Shown piece after piece: positions 27,201 through 39,959 of a stretch of 64,000 bases of DNA. Each line of letters starts with the position of its first letter. Within the stretch, counting starts at the first letter, position 1. The notes beneath the pieces were generated by a model. That model had not been told where the DNA came from, searched no databases, and worked only from the letters and a program-made list of their open reading frames with translations. The position numbers and the translations under genes were made by a program. This stretch comes from Eledone cirrhosa. Lineage: Eukaryota. Location of the stretch: NCBI GenBank assembly GCA_964016885.1, contig OZ024741.1:174964001-175028000 (forward strand), in the 5' to 3' direction.

Positions 27201-30200
27201 ACCATTATTAATGTTAACCTACATTTGAATTAATAATTCATCAAAGTCTTCTAATATTCTAATTTCCTTCAGTGTCCAATCGATACACGTCGAGGATTAG
27301 CTGAAAACCTTATCATCATTGGTGGAACCTGTCAGTTACCTGGCTTCTATAGCAGACTTCAGAAAGAACTTTATGACCAAATAAGCAAACCAAAATATTG
27401 TGAGAGTTTAAAAATTCAAGTATTTAAATTTCATCAGCCGCCTTGTATTGAAAATTATACAGCTTGGCTTGGAGGTATGTCCACTAAATTTCTATTTCCT
27501 TTCTATTTGTTTATAATGTTTATTTTTGTTTGTATTCTGCTGTTAAGTGATTGGTGATAGAAAGGGCATCCTGCTGTAGAAAGATTGCCAAACAAAGAGT
27601 AGGAAGGCGTCTTCAGTTGTGTTAAATATATAACAACCTCCCAATTGATAGTATCACAATAAAATGCATTTAGTAAAGAACAGGTTTATATGTAAGCAAG
27701 AAGCAGGCCTCTGGCTCATTTGAGAAGTTAGTAGTTCCCCGCTTGGGTACTGATTCTGTCTGAAGACCTGCCCAAACCTTGCTAGTAGAGTAAGCAGATG
27801 TCAAATGATGAACCATTTGGAATGTGTTTGTTAATGGTTCTAATATTTCATCATCATCATCGTTTAATGTCCAATTTTCCATGCTAGCATGGGTTAGATG
27901 GTTGTTAGATGGGTTGTTAGGAGTAAGTTGGGTCAGGTGACTGTCTTGCTCATATAGAACTGTTTCTGGCTAGGTTTCTATGGCTAGATCATCATCATCA
28001 TCATTTTACGTCCGCTTTTCCCTGCTTGCAAGGGTTGGACGGGTCCTATTCAGCACAGCATCTCTCCATTTGTCACGGTCCTTCGTCATCTCCTCGGTGA
28101 GTTTCAGTGATCTGAGGTCTGCTCTCACCACCTCCACCCATGTTTTATGTGGTCTACCTCTACTGCGTCTTGCTTCTACTGGGATTTCTTGACACTTATT
28201 TACCCAGCGGTCATCCTCCATGCGCATCACATGTCCAGACCATCTCAGCCTTCTCTCCTGCACAATACAAACTTATCCCTCTTATACCCAGTTTCCTTCT
28301 CAACTCGTTTATGCTTGGTCCTTCACGCACATTGACATTGCACATCCAATGGAGCATACTTGCTTCATTTTTCTCCAGCCGTCGCATATCCTCTGCAGTT
28401 GCTGCCCATGTCTCACTACCATGCAGCATCGCCCATCTTACACAGGCATCATATAACCGTCTTTTCGTACGCAAGGAGAAACCCTTCTTTGTCAACAAAG
28501 GAAGCAGCTCTCTAAACTTCCTCCAACCCGTCCTTATTCTAGATAATATGGCTTCGGAACACCCCCTCCCATGCTAATCTGATCACCTAGGTACCGGAAG
28601 CTATCAACCACTTCTATAGAACCCACCTGCATTGGAAAAATGTGTCTATTACTACGATTACTACTGCCAACTTTCCCTGTACATCTACTGCATACATAGT
28701 TTTCCCTACCTGTTAGTTTGCCTGCTATCCCACTACATCTCTTGTGTACTCAAGATCTGCATTGCGTACATTTTATGGAATTTATGCCAGTTCCTTTCCT
28801 ACATATTGAACATGGCCATTTCCCTGATGGAATCGGAGTATTGTCCTCTCTTCTACTTATCAACACTTTGGTGTTAGCTATGTTCACTCTCAGTCCTCTG
28901 GAAACAGCTGTTTCCATAGCCAGAATTTATTCTCTAGCCCCTTTACTGATTCTGCTATAAGAACCAGATCATCAGCATAGAGAAGTTCCCATGGGCATCC
29001 AATCTTAAACTCTTCTGTTATGGCTTGGAGGACTATAATGAACAAGAGCGGGCTGAGGACCGAACCCTGATGTACACCTACTTGTATCTGGAATTCCCCA
29101 CTAAACTCCATACCTACTCTCACTTTACTGACAGCACCGCTGTACATAGCTTGCACTGCCCTCACAAGCCATTCCTCTACACCTAGTTTCCTTAGGGACC
29201 ACCAGATGACAGATCAGGGTATCCTATCAAAGGCCTTCTCTAGGTCAACAAAAGCTAAGTATAGTGGCTTATTCTTCTCTAAGAACTTCTCTTGTAGTTG
29301 CCTCACTAAGAAAAGAGGGCATCTGTTGTACTTTTCTGAGGCACAAAACCAAGCTGCATCTCATCTAATTTGATCCTTTCTCTAATCAGTTGTGCTAATA
29401 TTCTCTCTGCCACTCACATTTACAGTGTGTGCAGAGTGCTTTTTGTTGTGACTTCTACACGACCACTTCACAGTGTGGGCTGGGTGCTTTTTGTCATGAC
29501 ATCTACATGACCACTTTACAGTGTGGGCTGGGTGCTTTTTGTCATGACATCTACATGACCACTTTACAGTGTGGGCTGGGTGCTCTTTGCCGTGGCACCT
29601 ACATGGCCACTTTACAGTGTGGGCTGGGTGCTCTTTGCCGTGGCACCTACATGGCCACTTTACAGTGTGGGCTGGGTGCTCTTTGCCGTGGCACCTACAT
29701 GGCCACTTTACAGTGTGGGCTTGGTGCTTTTTGTTGTGACTCCTACACGACCACCTTACAGTGTAAGCTTGGTGCTTTTTGTCGTGACACCTACACGACC
29801 ACTTTACAGTGTGGGCTGGATGCTTTCTTGTGATACCAACTTAACTTTGAAGTGTAAGGCGAGTGTGGACAGAAGTGGGTGGGTGGGTGTAGGGGTATGG
29901 GGGGGGGTGTATGGAAGGGAGTATAGTGGTTAAGAGGTACCTACCAGATGTGTTTGAGGCCATGTGCATGGGAAGGCATGTCTTCTGTATAATTGCATAA
30001 TGTCAAAGATCTCAATCATGTGTCATTGTCTCTGAGAGGTGCAATTGTGCAAGGTCAGCTTTTATTATCTTGTCCCAAGTTTTCCTACTCCATAGCTTCA
30101 ATCAATTTTGATCGCCCTGCACCTTTTTATACAGCTGTTGTCCTTCATATGCATCACATGACCATACCAAGAAAATCTCCTTTCTAGCATACTGCATCTG

Positions 30201-31863
30201 ATCCCTCTTATGTCTAATTTCTCTCTTAGTTCAGTTACACTTTGCAGTTTCTGTACACATCCATCGGAGCATGCATGTTTCATTGCTTTCCAATCTTTGC
30301 AATGCCCAGTTCTCATTACCATGTTACATTGTATAGTTTTCACAAGCCACTCATCTACTCATCTACTCCTAGTTTTCTAAGAGCCCACCAGATAATGGAA
30401 CGGGGGATTGGGTCAAAGGTTTTCTCCAAGTCAACAAAAGCTAAGTAGAGGGTTTACTTTTAGCTAGGTACTTTTCCTGCAGGTTCCTCATGAGGAAGAG
30501 AGCATCCGTGGTACTTTTACCTGGCATAAATCTAAACTGCATTTTTATCAAGGTTAATTCGGTCCCTAATCAGCTGTGTGATACCTCTTTCTGTGACCTT
30601 CATGACCTAGTCAACCAACTTAATGCCTCTATAGATTTTTTTCTGTCTAGAGCATCTCCTTTGCCCTAGTGGCAGTTGACGATGATGCTGCTATGCCAGT
30701 CATTGGGTATGATCCCATTTTGTATTACTTGGTTTACTATACAGGTGATTATGGTGTATCCCACCATCCCAGATGCTTTCAGCATCTCAGCAACTATCCC
30801 TGAAGGTCCAGCTGCCTTGCCTGCCTTCATATATTTGATTGCCTTACTCACTATACTACTACTAACTTGCACAGCCGGTCCCTCAGTTGGGTCAATTTGG
30901 GGGAAAATATCTTCATCTCTTTCATTCTCTTCATTTAGTAGTTTTTCATAGTGGCTCTTCTATGCTACCTTCTTTTCAGCACTAGTGAGGGCAAGTACTC
31001 CGTTAACATCGCAGACATACTACTCCACAACAATATTACAATTCTCCTTGACACATTGTCTCACAATCCTGAACACCTCACGCCTTTGGTCCTTGTGTTG
31101 CAGAACATGGTTAAATTTTTTTTTTTCATGGTTTAAAATGTTTTAGTCTCCTCCAGTTCTGTCCAGTACAGTGCTTTACCATTTGTTACCTTCCTTTGTC
31201 ATGTTGGTGAAATTTGGCACCCTGAGATTATTTCCACTACTTCTACATATGCCTTCCTCACTTTACATTTTCCACATCTTAACTTCCACATGTATTACAT
31301 GTTGAAACCGGTGCAATCTTCTCTCTTGTACACTGTATCTGATTACTTTACTACCCAGATTTTCTCTCAGCTCACATCTATCATATTGCTATTAACCTTT
31401 GACCACAAACTGCCAGAAAGCACAATGGTTCAACGATACAAAAAGTTTCTTTTTAAAGTGTTTATAATTATCTAAAAACCCTTCATTATAATTTTATGTA
31501 AGAACCATTGTTAAGTTATGTTCCAAACACCAAATAGTGAAAAACGTAGTTATATTACTAAATCCCTCTAAATTTTTGATTATTTTCAGAACAATTTTAA
31601 AATCATAGTGTCTTTCATTCAAAAGGGTTAAGAAAACAACAAACACCTTCAATATTACTATGTTCTTGAATTAATTTTCAATTATCATTTATCTGATGCA
31701 CATTTTTAATATTTGTTTACCTTATATTTTATATTACCTTATATTTTAAGGATCAATTGCTGGAGCTATGATTACCCTACCTGCCCGATCTGTATCACGA
31801 GAAACCTTTATGGAAGCAAATTGTTTACCTGACTGGTGTAAGCTTCTGGAAAAAACTGAATAA
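10679..31863 (+). CDS. ACTR10: Actin-related protein 10 (Arp11, dynactin pointed-end subunit), complete, 13 exons, 387 aa
   Basis: Exons 10679-10743, 13579-13648, 14273-14352, 15777-15885, 19487-19594, 20653-20720, 22180-22256, 23281-23316, 24018-24097, 25126-25199, 26716-26797, 27273-27474, 31751-31863 join in frame (1164 nt). Translation [37 protein letters not shown]...[18 protein letters not shown]...AWLGGSIAG...[12 protein letters not shown] matches the ACTR10 family from memory. Confidence 0.95.
13579..13648 (+). CDS. ACTR10: ACTR10 exon 2
   Basis: [23 protein letters not shown]; AG/GT flanks. Confidence 0.93.
14273..14352 (+). CDS. ACTR10: ACTR10 exon 3
   Basis: [26 protein letters not shown]; AG/GT flanks, phases fit. 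Confidence 0.9.
15777..15885 (+). CDS. ACTR10: ACTR10 exon 4
   Basis: [29 protein letters not shown]. Confidence 0.93.
16139..17512 (-). mobile_element. RTE-like LINE, APE endonuclease region (inverted 5' segment)
   Basis: GTLNVRT...AIQEHR...SAYSPT...LGDFNA...QVDFILV...GSDH motifs, broken by frameshifts. Confidence 0.85.
17513..18190 (+). mobile_element. RTE-like LINE, RT C-terminus and 3' end
   Basis: [31 protein letters not shown] motifs; ends at (TA)n. Confidence 0.88.
19487..19594 (+). CDS. ACTR10: ACTR10 exon 5 (followed by a U12 donor)
   Basis: [36 protein letters not shown]|gtatcctttt. Confidence 0.92.
19672..19858 (+). mobile_element. OK-like SINE inside the U12 intron
   Basis: Same family; flanked by the duplication attatcattttacatc. 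Confidence 0.88.
20010..20330. repeat. ~58-bp minisatellite
   Basis: Recurring cactgctctaaatgtgatcaaaggagtgacttatac. Confidence 0.85.
20653..20720 (+). CDS. ACTR10: ACTR10 exon 6
   Basis: [22 protein letters not shown]. Confidence 0.92.
22180..22256 (+). CDS. ACTR10: ACTR10 exon 7
   Basis: [25 protein letters not shown]; phases 2/1 fit the neighbouring exons. Confidence 0.8.
23281..23316 (+). CDS. ACTR10: ACTR10 exon 8 (36-nt mini-exon)
   Basis: [11 protein letters not shown]; ttctag|...G|gtaatt. Confidence 0.88.
24018..24097 (+). CDS. ACTR10: ACTR10 exon 9
   Basis: [26 protein letters not shown]. Confidence 0.88.
25126..25199 (+). CDS. ACTR10: ACTR10 exon 10
   Basis: [24 protein letters not shown]. 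Confidence 0.92.
26300..26545. repeat. ~49-bp minisatellite
   Basis: Recurring cctacatttcacatctggcc. Confidence 0.8.
26716..26797 (+). CDS. ACTR10: ACTR10 exon 11
   Basis: [27 protein letters not shown]. Confidence 0.94.
27273..27474 (+). CDS. ACTR10: ACTR10 exon 12
   Basis: [25 protein letters not shown]...ENYTAWLG. Confidence 0.95.
27990..29415 (-). mobile_element. RTE-clade LINE, RT fragment with (GAT)n tail
   Basis: [54 protein letters not shown] motifs. Confidence 0.88.
29420..29825. repeat. GC-rich minisatellite (unit about 48 bp) derived from a SINE segment
   Basis: About 8 units of cactttacagtgtgggctgggtgct; related dispersed sequence at about 920-1040 (-) and 36880-37210. Confidence 0.9.
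30040..31350 (-). mobile_element. Older RTE LINE fragment
   Basis: [36 protein letters not shown] remnants. Confidence 0.75.
31751..31863 (+). CDS. ACTR10: ACTR10 exon 13 (last coding exon)
   Basis: [36 protein letters not shown]. Confidence 0.92.
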
Positions 31864-32660
31864 TTCAATCAATAGAACATGAACTGGTCTTTTTTTTTGT
31901 TGTTGTCATTCTCTGTCATAATGTCAATATAAAATAATGGATTGCTTTCAGTAACAACAACCCATATCAGCATGAAATGGATGGGGGACTAAAAATAATG
32001 AGGACAAAATGCTTGACAGTTTTGAACTACTGACAACATTCCTTCTAATATTTCCCAACCACTGAGTGGTTAATTTCAGCAAAAATATTTAAAATTGGAG
32101 GCTACTTTGCAGCAACATTTTGATCTGTGCGGCAGCATTTTGATATCTGCAGCAGGATTTTAATGTGTGCACAAGCAATATTTTGATGCACGCAACAGGA
32201 AACATTAATATGTGCAACAAGATTTTGAAAAGTGTAGTCAGCAACATTTTGATGTGTGCAGCCAGGAATATTTTGATGTATGCAGCATAGTACCAAGCAA
32301 CTGCATGACTCCACACTGCACAACATAGTAGGACTGTTGTTCATTGGCAACATTTAATTTTATGTAATTATTTAAGTTCAAGGAGTTATTTTTTTTCTCC
32401 ATATGAATGCTTTTTGGGTGTTAGACAGAGCAGAGCAGGGTTCTGTTGGTTAAAATATTATTTTAAAGAGATTATTGTTTTGCTAAATATCATTTAATTG
32501 TGGAATGAATAAATTAACTCTACTTTATTATTTTGTGTATTGGGTACCCATGCTCTCATTTTTGCATTTACACATATATGCACATATATGCATGTTAGTG
32601 TATGTCTCTCTCTCTCTTTCTCTCTGTGTGTGTGTGTGTATATATATACACACACACACA

Positions 32661-33067
32661 CAATAAGGATAATGCGAAGTGTGATGCAGATGTGTTTAAA
32701 AAATTCCTTATTTATAAAGCTGTAATACATATATCAATGGCAATCACGGCTACATGATGTTTTGATCACACAACCAGTCATACAACATCATCAGACACTT
32801 TCTTATGAAATAAGGTTGCATTTATGAGGCAATCCAATCTAGAGGTAGGGGAACAGCCATTGGCAATGAAAATATCATATCTGTTCGTTCTTCTGTCTTT
32901 ATATTGGATAGCCTTGGAAACGTAACCTTATTACATAAGATGCTGTCTGATGATGTAACATGATTGAACCATCACATAGTTGTGATCACCATAGAAATAT
33001 GTATCACAGCTTTATAAATAAAGGGTTTTTAAACATCTACACCGAACTTCGCATTTATCCTTATTGT
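32661..33067. repeat. Old inverted repeat (~150-bp arms) with a degenerate hammerhead-like CTGATGA
   Basis: 32661-32822 is a diverged reverse complement of 32918-33067. Confidence 0.7.
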
Positions 33068-33239
33068 ATATGGATGTATATATATATATATATTCCAATA
33101 TTATATGTGTGTGTGCATGTTTGCTTTTAAGCATACACTGAATGAATTACCCAATATTGTTTGTTGAGTCACAGTATTTTCTATTAATAGTGACTGTTTA
33201 CTTCACTGGTTTACTTTACTGGTTTCTCAAAAGATGTAT

Positions 33240-33561
33240 ACAGTGTATTCCCGGCATTCGCGGTCCCAGTTATTCACGGAATTTTCCTTAGAACTTAATT
33301 AATAATTGTTTGTGAAAACCACAACATATTCGCAGAATCGTAAATATCTTCTGCGATTTTTTAAAATTGTTTTTCCGTGGAATAATATATTTTTTAACGC
33401 TAAATTATTAATAACAATTTACCATATTTGCCAACCTATATATTACGTTATGTTTCGATGTTTATAGGGATATTTATGGACCACGTTCAATATTCGCAGT
33501 TTTTCACTCTTCGCAGGTGCTCTAGGAACATAACCCTCACGAATATCGGGGGACAACTGTA
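33240..33561. mobile_element. Tigger/pogo-like MITE
   Basis: TA-CAGT...ACTG-TA ends with imperfect TIRs. Confidence 0.6.
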
Positions 33562-33664
33562 TATATATATATATATACACACACGTATACATACTATACT
33601 GTATGAGATTTTTCATTGAAAAAATAAATGAAAAATCAAACACCACTTAATGATCTTTGAAGTG

Positions 33665-33700
<36 letters not shown>

Positions 33701-34945
33701 TATATATATATATACACATATATATAATGTATATATACTTGTTAAAAATGTTGACTAATCAGGGTTGTATATGCAACACACCAATCACTGAACTATGATG
33801 CAATTAGATTTAGGCACTCGATATCATGTGTATTCCTCTAAAAACAATTTGTTAGTCCATGACAGATTGCATGGGTTAGTCGGATCACCCATGTCATGAG
33901 ACAAGTTTGGCAAGTTGGCTGCGCTGTACCTTTCTCACACACAATGAGAAAGAGAGATTGTATGTATGTGAGTGATGATCCCAGGATGTGTAGTTCGTTT
34001 TAACAAATGCATTATTTGTCACATTTCTTTCAACAAGGTTAATGCTTTCAATTCACCCATGACTGTATCAGAATATATTTGTTTGTTTTATGTTAATTTA
34101 AGGAATTCCATTGCTATTCAATGACCTTCATTTCTCAACCCTACATATTTATTGCTTGCTTTTAATTTCTTCCCCTCAAAACAACTTATTTTATTATGTT
34201 ATATAAACAACAATCAATAATGCTAAATATCGAATTTGTTTTCAAATTATTTATACATCAACTGCAAATACTACAGATCATTGTGACTCTATATGTGATA
34301 AGGTTGGATAGTTGAATTACTGGTGCAATCTATCTAAAGAGCTTTTACATGTCTTTATCATAGCCCCTGGTAAACCCAAGCCTTGTCAGTAGCCTGAAAC
34401 TGTATGGAAGCCTTTCAGATGGATTGTACATGTAATTCAAACTTTTAACTTTATCACATATTTTGTCATGCCTATTTAGCTTGGGAATGGTTCATATGTC
34501 TGTGGAATACACAACCATTTACTAATTAGTTTATGAGTTGGACATAGAGTTGATTGAATAGCTTATGTGTATTGTCGAAACTGATGGAGGATCCATCATA
34601 GTTTTCATCTATCTAATTTCACTCAAGGCTTGGTTGACCACAAAGCTATGATTAAAGTGATTTTTACATGGTTGTTTAGCCTGCTAGAAATAGCGGCTAA
34701 GTGCCTCTAATATCACAATAAACTTGCTTACAAAAACAAAACAAAAGAGAGATGGTTACATTAGTTAATGTAGTCCAAGATACATTGTGTTTGAAACAAA
34801 ATGATAATTGGCAATACCTTGATCATATGTCATATTCAGTTCGTGGTATGGTATTAACTAATAGTTGTGGATGCAAACAATCGCCAGTTTCTTTGGATTT
34901 CAGATTTTCTACTTATTTTAATCTTTGGTCTTCTCTCACTAGGTT

Positions 34946-36530
34946 TAGGGTGTCCATAAATTATCTTTACGATTTGAAAAAGTCAAAAAATGAAAACATC
35001 AGAACATATCAATGTGGGCTCCATTGGTTGTACTCAACACATATAGACGATGCTCAGTTTCTGACCATGTGTGTTGGATCATCCCCTCATCAATGATAGA
35101 TATTATTGACATTTACTTTCCTTGATATTGAGGCCTTGAACTTTTATTCGATAGACTAGAGAGAGAGGGAGAGAGTGAGTGAAAAAAGAGGAGGAAAAAG
35201 AAGCATGAAAAAGAAAAAAAAGTGTAAAACAAAGACTATAAACTATAAAGCAGCTAAAAGTGTCGTTTGATGAATTTTTTTGTAGCTTCTATGTACTTTA
35301 ACCCTTTAGCATTTACATTACTCTATGTATACTATTGTATTTTCATGGTAAAGGCTTTATCTTGCATAATATCTCACATAATATTGAATCTGAGATTTTG
35401 ATATTATTTATTTTGAGAACAATAACTTAACATCAGTATGAGTGGCCAGTTACTGCCAGATTGAACAGAAAGAGGTGAGAGAATTCTGGCCAGATATGGT
35501 CGGTTTAAATGCTAAAGGGTTAACGTAGCTCCATAAGAAGAAATTTAGAGAGGTTACATCTGCTGACCTAGGTAGTCAAGGAACTGGACTGCTTCTTTTA
35601 ATCTACTGGATTGGAAACGTTACATTAAGAAACTCACTTACAGTCAATTCCCAATGGAGTGGTACACCATCTTGCTGGAAAATAACTGTTGGTTGCAAGT
35701 GGTGCAACTGCAGTACAACATTTTGTAAATGTTAAGTGTTGGAAGTATTAATTTTTTCTGAAGAGAAAATGGGCCAATTACTCAATCAAACACAAAGTCG
35801 CACCAAGTATTGACTTTTGGTCTGTTTCTCTCCAGTTTTCTTGTTTTGTGTGGGTTTTTGAACCCCAAATCCTGATGTGCCTACTTATCATTCCTACTCA
35901 TCACTAAAACAAATCTTTCAAAGGAAGCCTTTGAAAGTCATTTTCATCTAATTGAGCTAACACATCCACCACAAATTGTCCTTAGCAGGGTTTGTCATCT
36001 GACTGAATTGCTTGCAAAAGTTGCACTTTATAGGCATGTCTCAAGTTCTTGTGCAAAACTTTGTGAACTGTTGACTGTGGTGAACTTAAATGTCTACTTG
36101 CAGTAAGAATCAACTTAATTGGACTACGATAAAGTGCTGCACAAATTCGCTCAACGTCTTCAGCAGTTGTTTTCGGTTGCTGTGCTTTTCTGTAAGATGC
36201 TTCCAGTTTTCATTAACCTTTTACGCTGGACACAGATTTTAACACAATTTGATGGTTTCTCCCCCCCCACCCCCTCCATAATTTGTACGGTAATTCCACT
36301 GGACCAGAGTTTTTGATTTGGTCTCAATTAACCAGGATAAACATTGCACTTTTTCTTATGGTGTTGTCATATTTCCTTAAAAAGACGAATGTAATTGAAA
36401 TAAATATTAAAATAAAATACATTAAAAGTTTGATATTTTTTCGACATGCAAAAAGTGTATTGATGGATCTTAACATTAATAGATGCAATAAACTGTGGAA
36501 GTTGTAAAGACAATTTATGAACACCCTGTA
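34946..36530 (-). mobile_element. Degenerate Tc1/mariner-superfamily DNA transposon with nested insertions
   Basis: TIRs agggtgtccataaattatctttac / gtaaagacaatttatgaacaccctgta; FSDE and VIGPF remnants on the minus strand. Confidence 0.65.
35298..35523. mobile_element. piggyBac-like MITE
   Basis: TTAA-CCCTTTAGCATTTA ... TAAATGCTAAAGGG-TTAA; related ttaaccct...agggttaa elements near 13313-13541, 15103-15653, 31393-31631. Confidence 0.7.
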
Positions 36531-37133
36531 CTTTTTACTCGGTGTTTCGCCACGTAAAATAAAATTTTGTTCTAGAAAAAAAGAAAACGAAAAACTAAAA
36601 CAAAAAGTCAGCAACAACGAGTTGCCCCCCCTGTTCTCTTCCAGCGGAAAATTTTAGAATAACTCTTCTTCCTTGTTCGAAGCATGACACGTGGGCCTGC
36701 ATTCAGTTGTGTGCACGTTATATTATCATTGTCGTTGAACGTCTCTTTTCCATGTTTGTATAGGTCAGACGGGTTATCACGTTATGAGACCAGTGAGGTT
36801 ATGTGAACACATCCTGCTCATACAATTCGATTTGGGCTTGACTTTCTATGGTTGGATGCCCTTCTTAGTGCAACCACATTACAGTGCGCACTGGGAACCT
36901 TTTCACGGTACCCGTACTACCACCTAAGAATGTGGTTTGGATGCTTTTTGCCGTGATACCTGCACTACCACCTTATAAGGTTGACTGGGTAGTTTTTGTC
37001 ATGGCATTAGAACATTTATTATACAGGATGGTTTGGGTTCTTTTTGTCATGGCATCAGTATGATCACCTTACGCGGCGGACTGGGTGCTTTTTTTTTTTT
37101 TGTCGTGAAACCAGTACTACAATCTTACTGGGT

Positions 37134-37167
<34 letters not shown>

Positions 37168-37605
37168 TCATGTCACCAATACCACCACCTTGGTGCCACG
37201 ACAAAAAGCAAAGCACCCAGTTACATCGGAAGTATTCTTTTTCTGGTGTAAAAAAAACAACAAACAAAAAAACAAGAACAAAAACAATAAACAATTAACC
37301 CCTTTTTCTTGCTTTCTTTTCATGCTGTAAAAGAAATTTTCTTATTTTCCTTCCATGCAAAAATACAACTTTTCACCCCACTTTAATAAAGTTGTAAAAT
37401 AAAAAAAATACCCTCTTATTTTCTTTCTATATTGTCTGAATAATTTTTCTCAACAAATTAATAACTCACAAAACAGGGGAGCCTGAACATTGATAAACAG
37501 GCGTAAATCCAGAGTAATTACTATTAAGCTTTAAGAAAATGAATATATTTATAATAATCAACAAATAGTTTTATCGCTCTACATGGCTGAATACAATAAA
37601 TGTAA

Positions 37606-37838
37606 TCTGAGTTTTTCGAATAATAATATTCGATTCGTTTGCAATTATGCAAACAGCCTCTTTAAAGCCATGTACTGATGAAGGGTAATCGCCCAGAAAC
37701 ATTACTGTCTGCCGTTCTGTTTATATGCCAACACAAGAGCGAGAATGACGAAGTTATTCTACTGACTTGGCTTTAAAGAGGCTGTTTGCATAATTGCAAA
37801 TGAATTGAATATTATTATTAATATTCGAAAAACTCAGA
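37606..37838 (+). mobile_element. Fold-back PLE terminal fragment (family B) with hammerhead core
   Basis: Arms 37606-37670 / 37768-37838 enclose CTGATGA-AGGGTAATCGCCCA-GAAAC-ATTACT-GTC; ends at (TA)n. Confidence 0.75.
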
Positions 37839-37953
37839 ATATATATATATATGTATATATAAGTAGAAGGGGTATTTAATTTGTTGGAAGTCCGACAAAT
37901 ATAAATGTTTATAACTGATTTAGAGCACTCAACAAGTTCCCGGAGTTAATATT

Positions 37954-38156
37954 CAATGATATTAGATAAATGGAAACTATATTTATAAAACCATATTTAT
38001 TTTATTATATATATTTCAAGGGTACCAAAACACATTGGTACGCTTTCCTCAGATAAAATATGAGGAAAGCGTACCAATGTGTTTTGGTACCCTTGAAATA
38101 TATATAATAAAATAAATATGGTTTTATAAATATAGTTTCCATTTATTGAATATCAT

Positions 38157-38158
<2 letters not shown>
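37954..38158. repeat. Near-perfect hairpin, ~98-bp arms
   Basis: caatgatat...cgctttcctca (loop gataaaata) tgaggaaagcg...atatcattg. Confidence 0.92.
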
Positions 38159-38193
<35 letters not shown>

Positions 38194-38472
38194 TAAATCA
38201 TCTCCTTAGAATTATTAGATAAAATATATACCATTTCCTCTCCCAATTAGCATAATTAACCATATAAAAAATCAATTAGACCAAGCTACAAGAATAAAGG
38301 CTCTTATGAAGAAATCTCCGACAAATAACCGAAAGTGGCCTCTTCGCGGTGGCCCCAATAGAGTATTTACCCAACATTTCGACAGCGTGCAGAAACTGAC
38401 TAAATATACCATCAACCATACACAATTAGGTGCAAATTCAAACTTAGAAGAAATGTGTACATACCGTAATTA

Positions 38473-38553
38473 TATCTCTATCATGGTTTCATCCGTATTT
38501 TTAAACATCCAATTAATAGGATATGTCTGGAGTATCGGATTCATCAGGAGACA
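38473..38553 (-). ncRNA. Type-I hammerhead ribozyme motif with extended stem II (slightly degenerate)
   Basis: Minus strand: tgtctc-CTGATGA-ATCCG[40 nt]CGGAT-GAAAC-CATG-ATA-gagata; one mismatch in stem III. Confidence 0.6.
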
Positions 38554-38744
38554 AACTCAAAATTAGACATTTAGTTTTCCAAAGTGTCGCGCCAAAAATA
38601 GATTCAAAAATGGCTAAGAATCGTGACGTGGCAGTGGTCAAGTTAGAAAGAATGTGATTAGTTGCTTACGGCGGGTAGGCTTGTTGCTAGAAAGCGCAGC
38701 CAAATATCGCCCAATTGTATCTCAAACTAACGGGAGATTATTAA

Positions 38745-39188
38745 ATATAAAGGTTTACATAAACATAAAGTCATAGATATATATGTTGCAACCGGTCACT
38801 TTGTGGCTCAATGAAGAATTAATAAATTAAATAATCAGAGCAATATATCATAAATCATGTCCTTAGAATTATTAGATAAAATATATACCATTTCCTCTCC
38901 CAATTAGCATAATTAACCATATAAAAAATCAATTAGACCAAGCTACCGATTATTTGTCGGATATTTCTTCATAAGAGCCTTTATTCTTGTAGCTTGGTCT
39001 AATTGATTTTTTATATGGTTAATTATGCTAATTGGGAGAGGAAATGGTATATATTTTATCTAATAATTCTAAGGTTATGATTTATGATATATTGCTCTGA
39101 TTATTTAATTTATTAATTCTTCATAGAGCCACAACGTGACCGGTTGCAACATATATATCTATGACTTTATGTTTATGTATATGTAAAC

Positions 39189-39196
<8 letters not shown>
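38745..39196. repeat. Long inverted repeat (~200-bp arms) of the same family as 38191-38620
   Basis: 38745-38946 is the reverse complement of 38989-39196; ends in (TA)n. Confidence 0.9.
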
Positions 39197-39232
<36 letters not shown>

Positions 39233-39256
39233 GTTTACATATACATATGTATATGT

Positions 39257-39345
<89 letters not shown>

Positions 39346-39959
39346 TTACTAGTCTCGTATCGCCAATAATGACAGTGATGGACGAATTGATATTTTGAGT
39401 TCAGGATTGGTACACCAAGATTATATTATATGCATGACTGAAATAAGAAAATGCATTGCATTGAATGTTAATGTGATTAGATTTTAAAGAGTTACTGACG
39501 GATATATGAATATACAAACACATGGAGTATTACATTATTTATTTATTTAAACATCCGTGTATAGCTAGTGGAAGCGCGTGGCCTAATGGTAAGGGTGTCG
39601 GACTTAGGATCATAATATCTGGGTTCGGTTCTTGGGCTGCGCTACATGTTCTGTTCATTTCACGTTGTTCCAGTATACTCAGCTGAAAAAAAAAATGAGT
39701 ATCAACAATAGCGTCGTATTCAGGGAATAACCATCGCCCCCGCGACAGACTTTTAGACTTTATATATAGTTAGTAAGCCATAAAAGAGTTATCTAATACT
39801 CCTTACAATTAAGAAACAAGAGAGAGAAAGAATCAGTGAAAAAAAAAAGGAGGGGAAAAAGCATGAACAAAGACAAGTATAAAGCAGCTAAAAGTGTCTT
39901 TTCGTAGCTTCCATGTACTGAAAGATATTGTTTATAGCTGGTAAATCTTTTGTAATATA

